Assembly: GCA_043228905.1 (NCBI GenBank)
Contig: JBHGNT010000017.1
Location: 5,022,001-5,086,000 of the forward strand
Length of the DNA stretch: 64,000 nt
Reading direction: 5' to 3'
From: Azolla caroliniana
Taxonomy: Eukaryota; Plantae; Polypodiophyta
Under the pieces are notes generated by a model, which worked only from the letters and a program-made list of their open reading frames with translations, was not told the origin of the DNA and searched no databases. The number at the start of each line of letters is the position of its first letter. Position 1 is the stretch's first letter. The translations under genes were made by a program, and so were the position numbers. This document shows positions 62,000 to 64,000 of the stretch, in pieces.

Positions 62000-62956
62000 A
62001 CCCCTCTCGATTGAAACCTCAAACTGGATGTCGACTCTGGCATGGAAAAGTGTGAGCCAACTCAGTATCGACAATTGATTGGGAGCCTCATCTATCTCAC
62101 AATCACTCAACCTGACCTCAGCTACCCGGTCGGTCTCCTTAGCCAATTCATGCAAAAGCCACGTGACATTCACTTGGATTTCACTAAGCAAGTGTTACGA
62201 TATGTGAGTGGCACAATGGATTGTGGCATTCTCTACAAATCAGCCACACGAATTCGACTCGAGGGGTACATAGGCGCCGACTGGGCTAGATACAGAGCCA
62301 ACCAACGATCGACCTCAGGATTCGTCTTCTCGCTCAGCAACAAAGCAATATCCTAGAGTAGCAAGAAGCAGCTGACTGTTGCACTTTCGAGCACAGAGGC
62401 CAAATACAAGGGCGCGGTTATGGCTGCATGTGAAGTCGTATGGCTCAAGAGGATTTTGAAGGATCTAGGCATTCCCATCAAGGATCTGACTTCCCTTTAC
62501 TACGACAACATGAGTAGTATTTATCTGGCTCGGAACCCAGTGTTCCACGCATGCACGAAGCATATGGAAGTGCACTATCACTTCATCCAAAAGCTCGTTT
62601 AGGCTGGAGATGTCGACCTTCAACACATCAACACGAATCTTCACACAGTCGACATCTTCATCAAAGTCCGAGGAGCCGACAAGCTTCAGCAATTCATGTC
62701 AGACCTTGGATTGATGGTCCTTGACTTGCCAAGCTTGAGGAGGAGTACAAGAGAGAACCCGATATCGTCCGAACCGGGTACCACCCGAAGCGGAAATCAA
62801 ACAAGAGAGAACGAGATACCAGCTGACGCGGACATCAACCGAAAGGAACCAACCCGAGTTGATCTTCAGGAGGCGTGTTGAGAATCAATCTCAACCTAGT
62901 CTAGTGTGTGAACACACCCTTTGAGAATCTATGAGCACTCAAAGGTCAAAGGTCAC
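62000..62956 (+). mobile_element. Copia-6 fragment: RT/RNase H, tail, PPT, start of 3' LTR (62876)
   Basis: YRQLIGSLIYLT, ADWA and NPVFHACTKHMEVHYHF motifs. LTR starts TGTTGAGAATCAATCTCAAC. Confidence 0.88.
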
Positions 62957-64000
62957 TGTCATGAATAGTATTGAGACAGAGAAGAAATTAGTACTAAGAG
63001 AGGAATATTAGTACTAAGAGGAATAGAGGGTGTAGAACACCCGAGAGAAGGAGAGAGAAAGATTCAGAGAGTCAGAGATCGAGGGAGACAAAATGATGAT
63101 AGCAACGATATATTATGTGAGAAGAATATACAAGGAAGGCTAGGAGGCTTAAGACTGGCATTGAACCGATTTGGTTCGAAATAATGCCTTGTGCCTCTTT
63201 TTATAGTGTTCTCAGGAGTAGTCCTAAAGCTTCTAGAATGTTCCAGAGAAATCAGGAATATACATTAATTTTTTATAGTGAAATAATGTATAGTTTAATG
63301 GCAATGGCTCGACCCATGTAACATAAGGTCATGGGTTCGAATCTTGCCATATCATGACACTATCCCCCTCTTTAAAACGACGAGTATTACGAGTCATTTT
63401 GGATTGGGGACTCGGTTTGTCTGGATATTGACGATGAAAGTCTTCAAGAAGAGTATGAGTATTGGTCACATTCTCTATGGGTTCCCAACCACGTTCGCTG
63501 GGATTATATCCTAACCAATCGACCAAATAGTAGAGCTTGTTGCAAACAATCTTGGAATCGAGGATGGCAGCAACCTCGTACTCAGGTCCATCTTCAATTT
63601 CGATCGGGGGTAGAGGTGGTTTGATACAACTTGGGATAGTGTTCTCCTAATAGGGTTCTAGAAGAGAATTATGAAATACCCGATGTATTAGTAGTTGCGG
63701 CGGTAGATCGAGATGAAAAGCGACATCATTAATTTTTCTGATAATACGGAAAGGACCTAATCGCCGATAATCCAATTTATTGCATGGCTGAGTAGTCTTG
63801 ATGTGTCGTTGTAATAGCCATACCCGATCTTCAATATTAAAACTGGATGGAAGTTGATGATGATCCGCATAATCCTTGTGTGTTTGTTGAGCTTGTTGTA
63901 AATGAGTAGATAAATCCACCTGTATCTTGCGTAGCTGCTTTAAACGATCCTCTACACAAGGATTTGTGGGTAACTCCGGAGTTTCGAATACACACCACCG
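62957..64000 (-). mobile_element. Second Tcn1-like chromovirus: 3' LTR, chromodomain and integrase C-terminus, runs off the window
   Basis: LTR 62957-63359 homologous to 12969-13401. PPT follows. GPEYEVAAILDS..VDWLGY..WEP and LGPFRI motifs. Confidence 0.9.

Overview
Repeat-dense plant nuclear DNA, most consistent with a non-seed plant such as a fern or lycophyte (inferred from Tcn1-type chromoviruses and tRNA-Trp-primed non-chromovirus Gypsy elements). About 85-90% of the window is nested, mostly degenerate transposons: several Ty1/Copia elements and solo LTRs, three chromovirus Gypsy copies, six insertions of a Gypsy lineage with TGTCG...GACA LTRs and 4-bp TSDs, an L1 LINE remnant and a probable CACTA element. 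One intact host gene sits in an AT-rich island (28702-27517, minus strand, two exons). It encodes a secreted intradiol ring-cleavage dioxygenase-like protein with all four iron ligands, a family mainly known from bacteria and fungi, so it is a horizontal-transfer candidate. The second notable result is the Trp-primed Gypsy system. All six insertions sit at an NCGN target, four internal regions share a stem-loop before the PPT, and two members are gag-only non-autonomous elements. All calls were made by eye, with no database searches.
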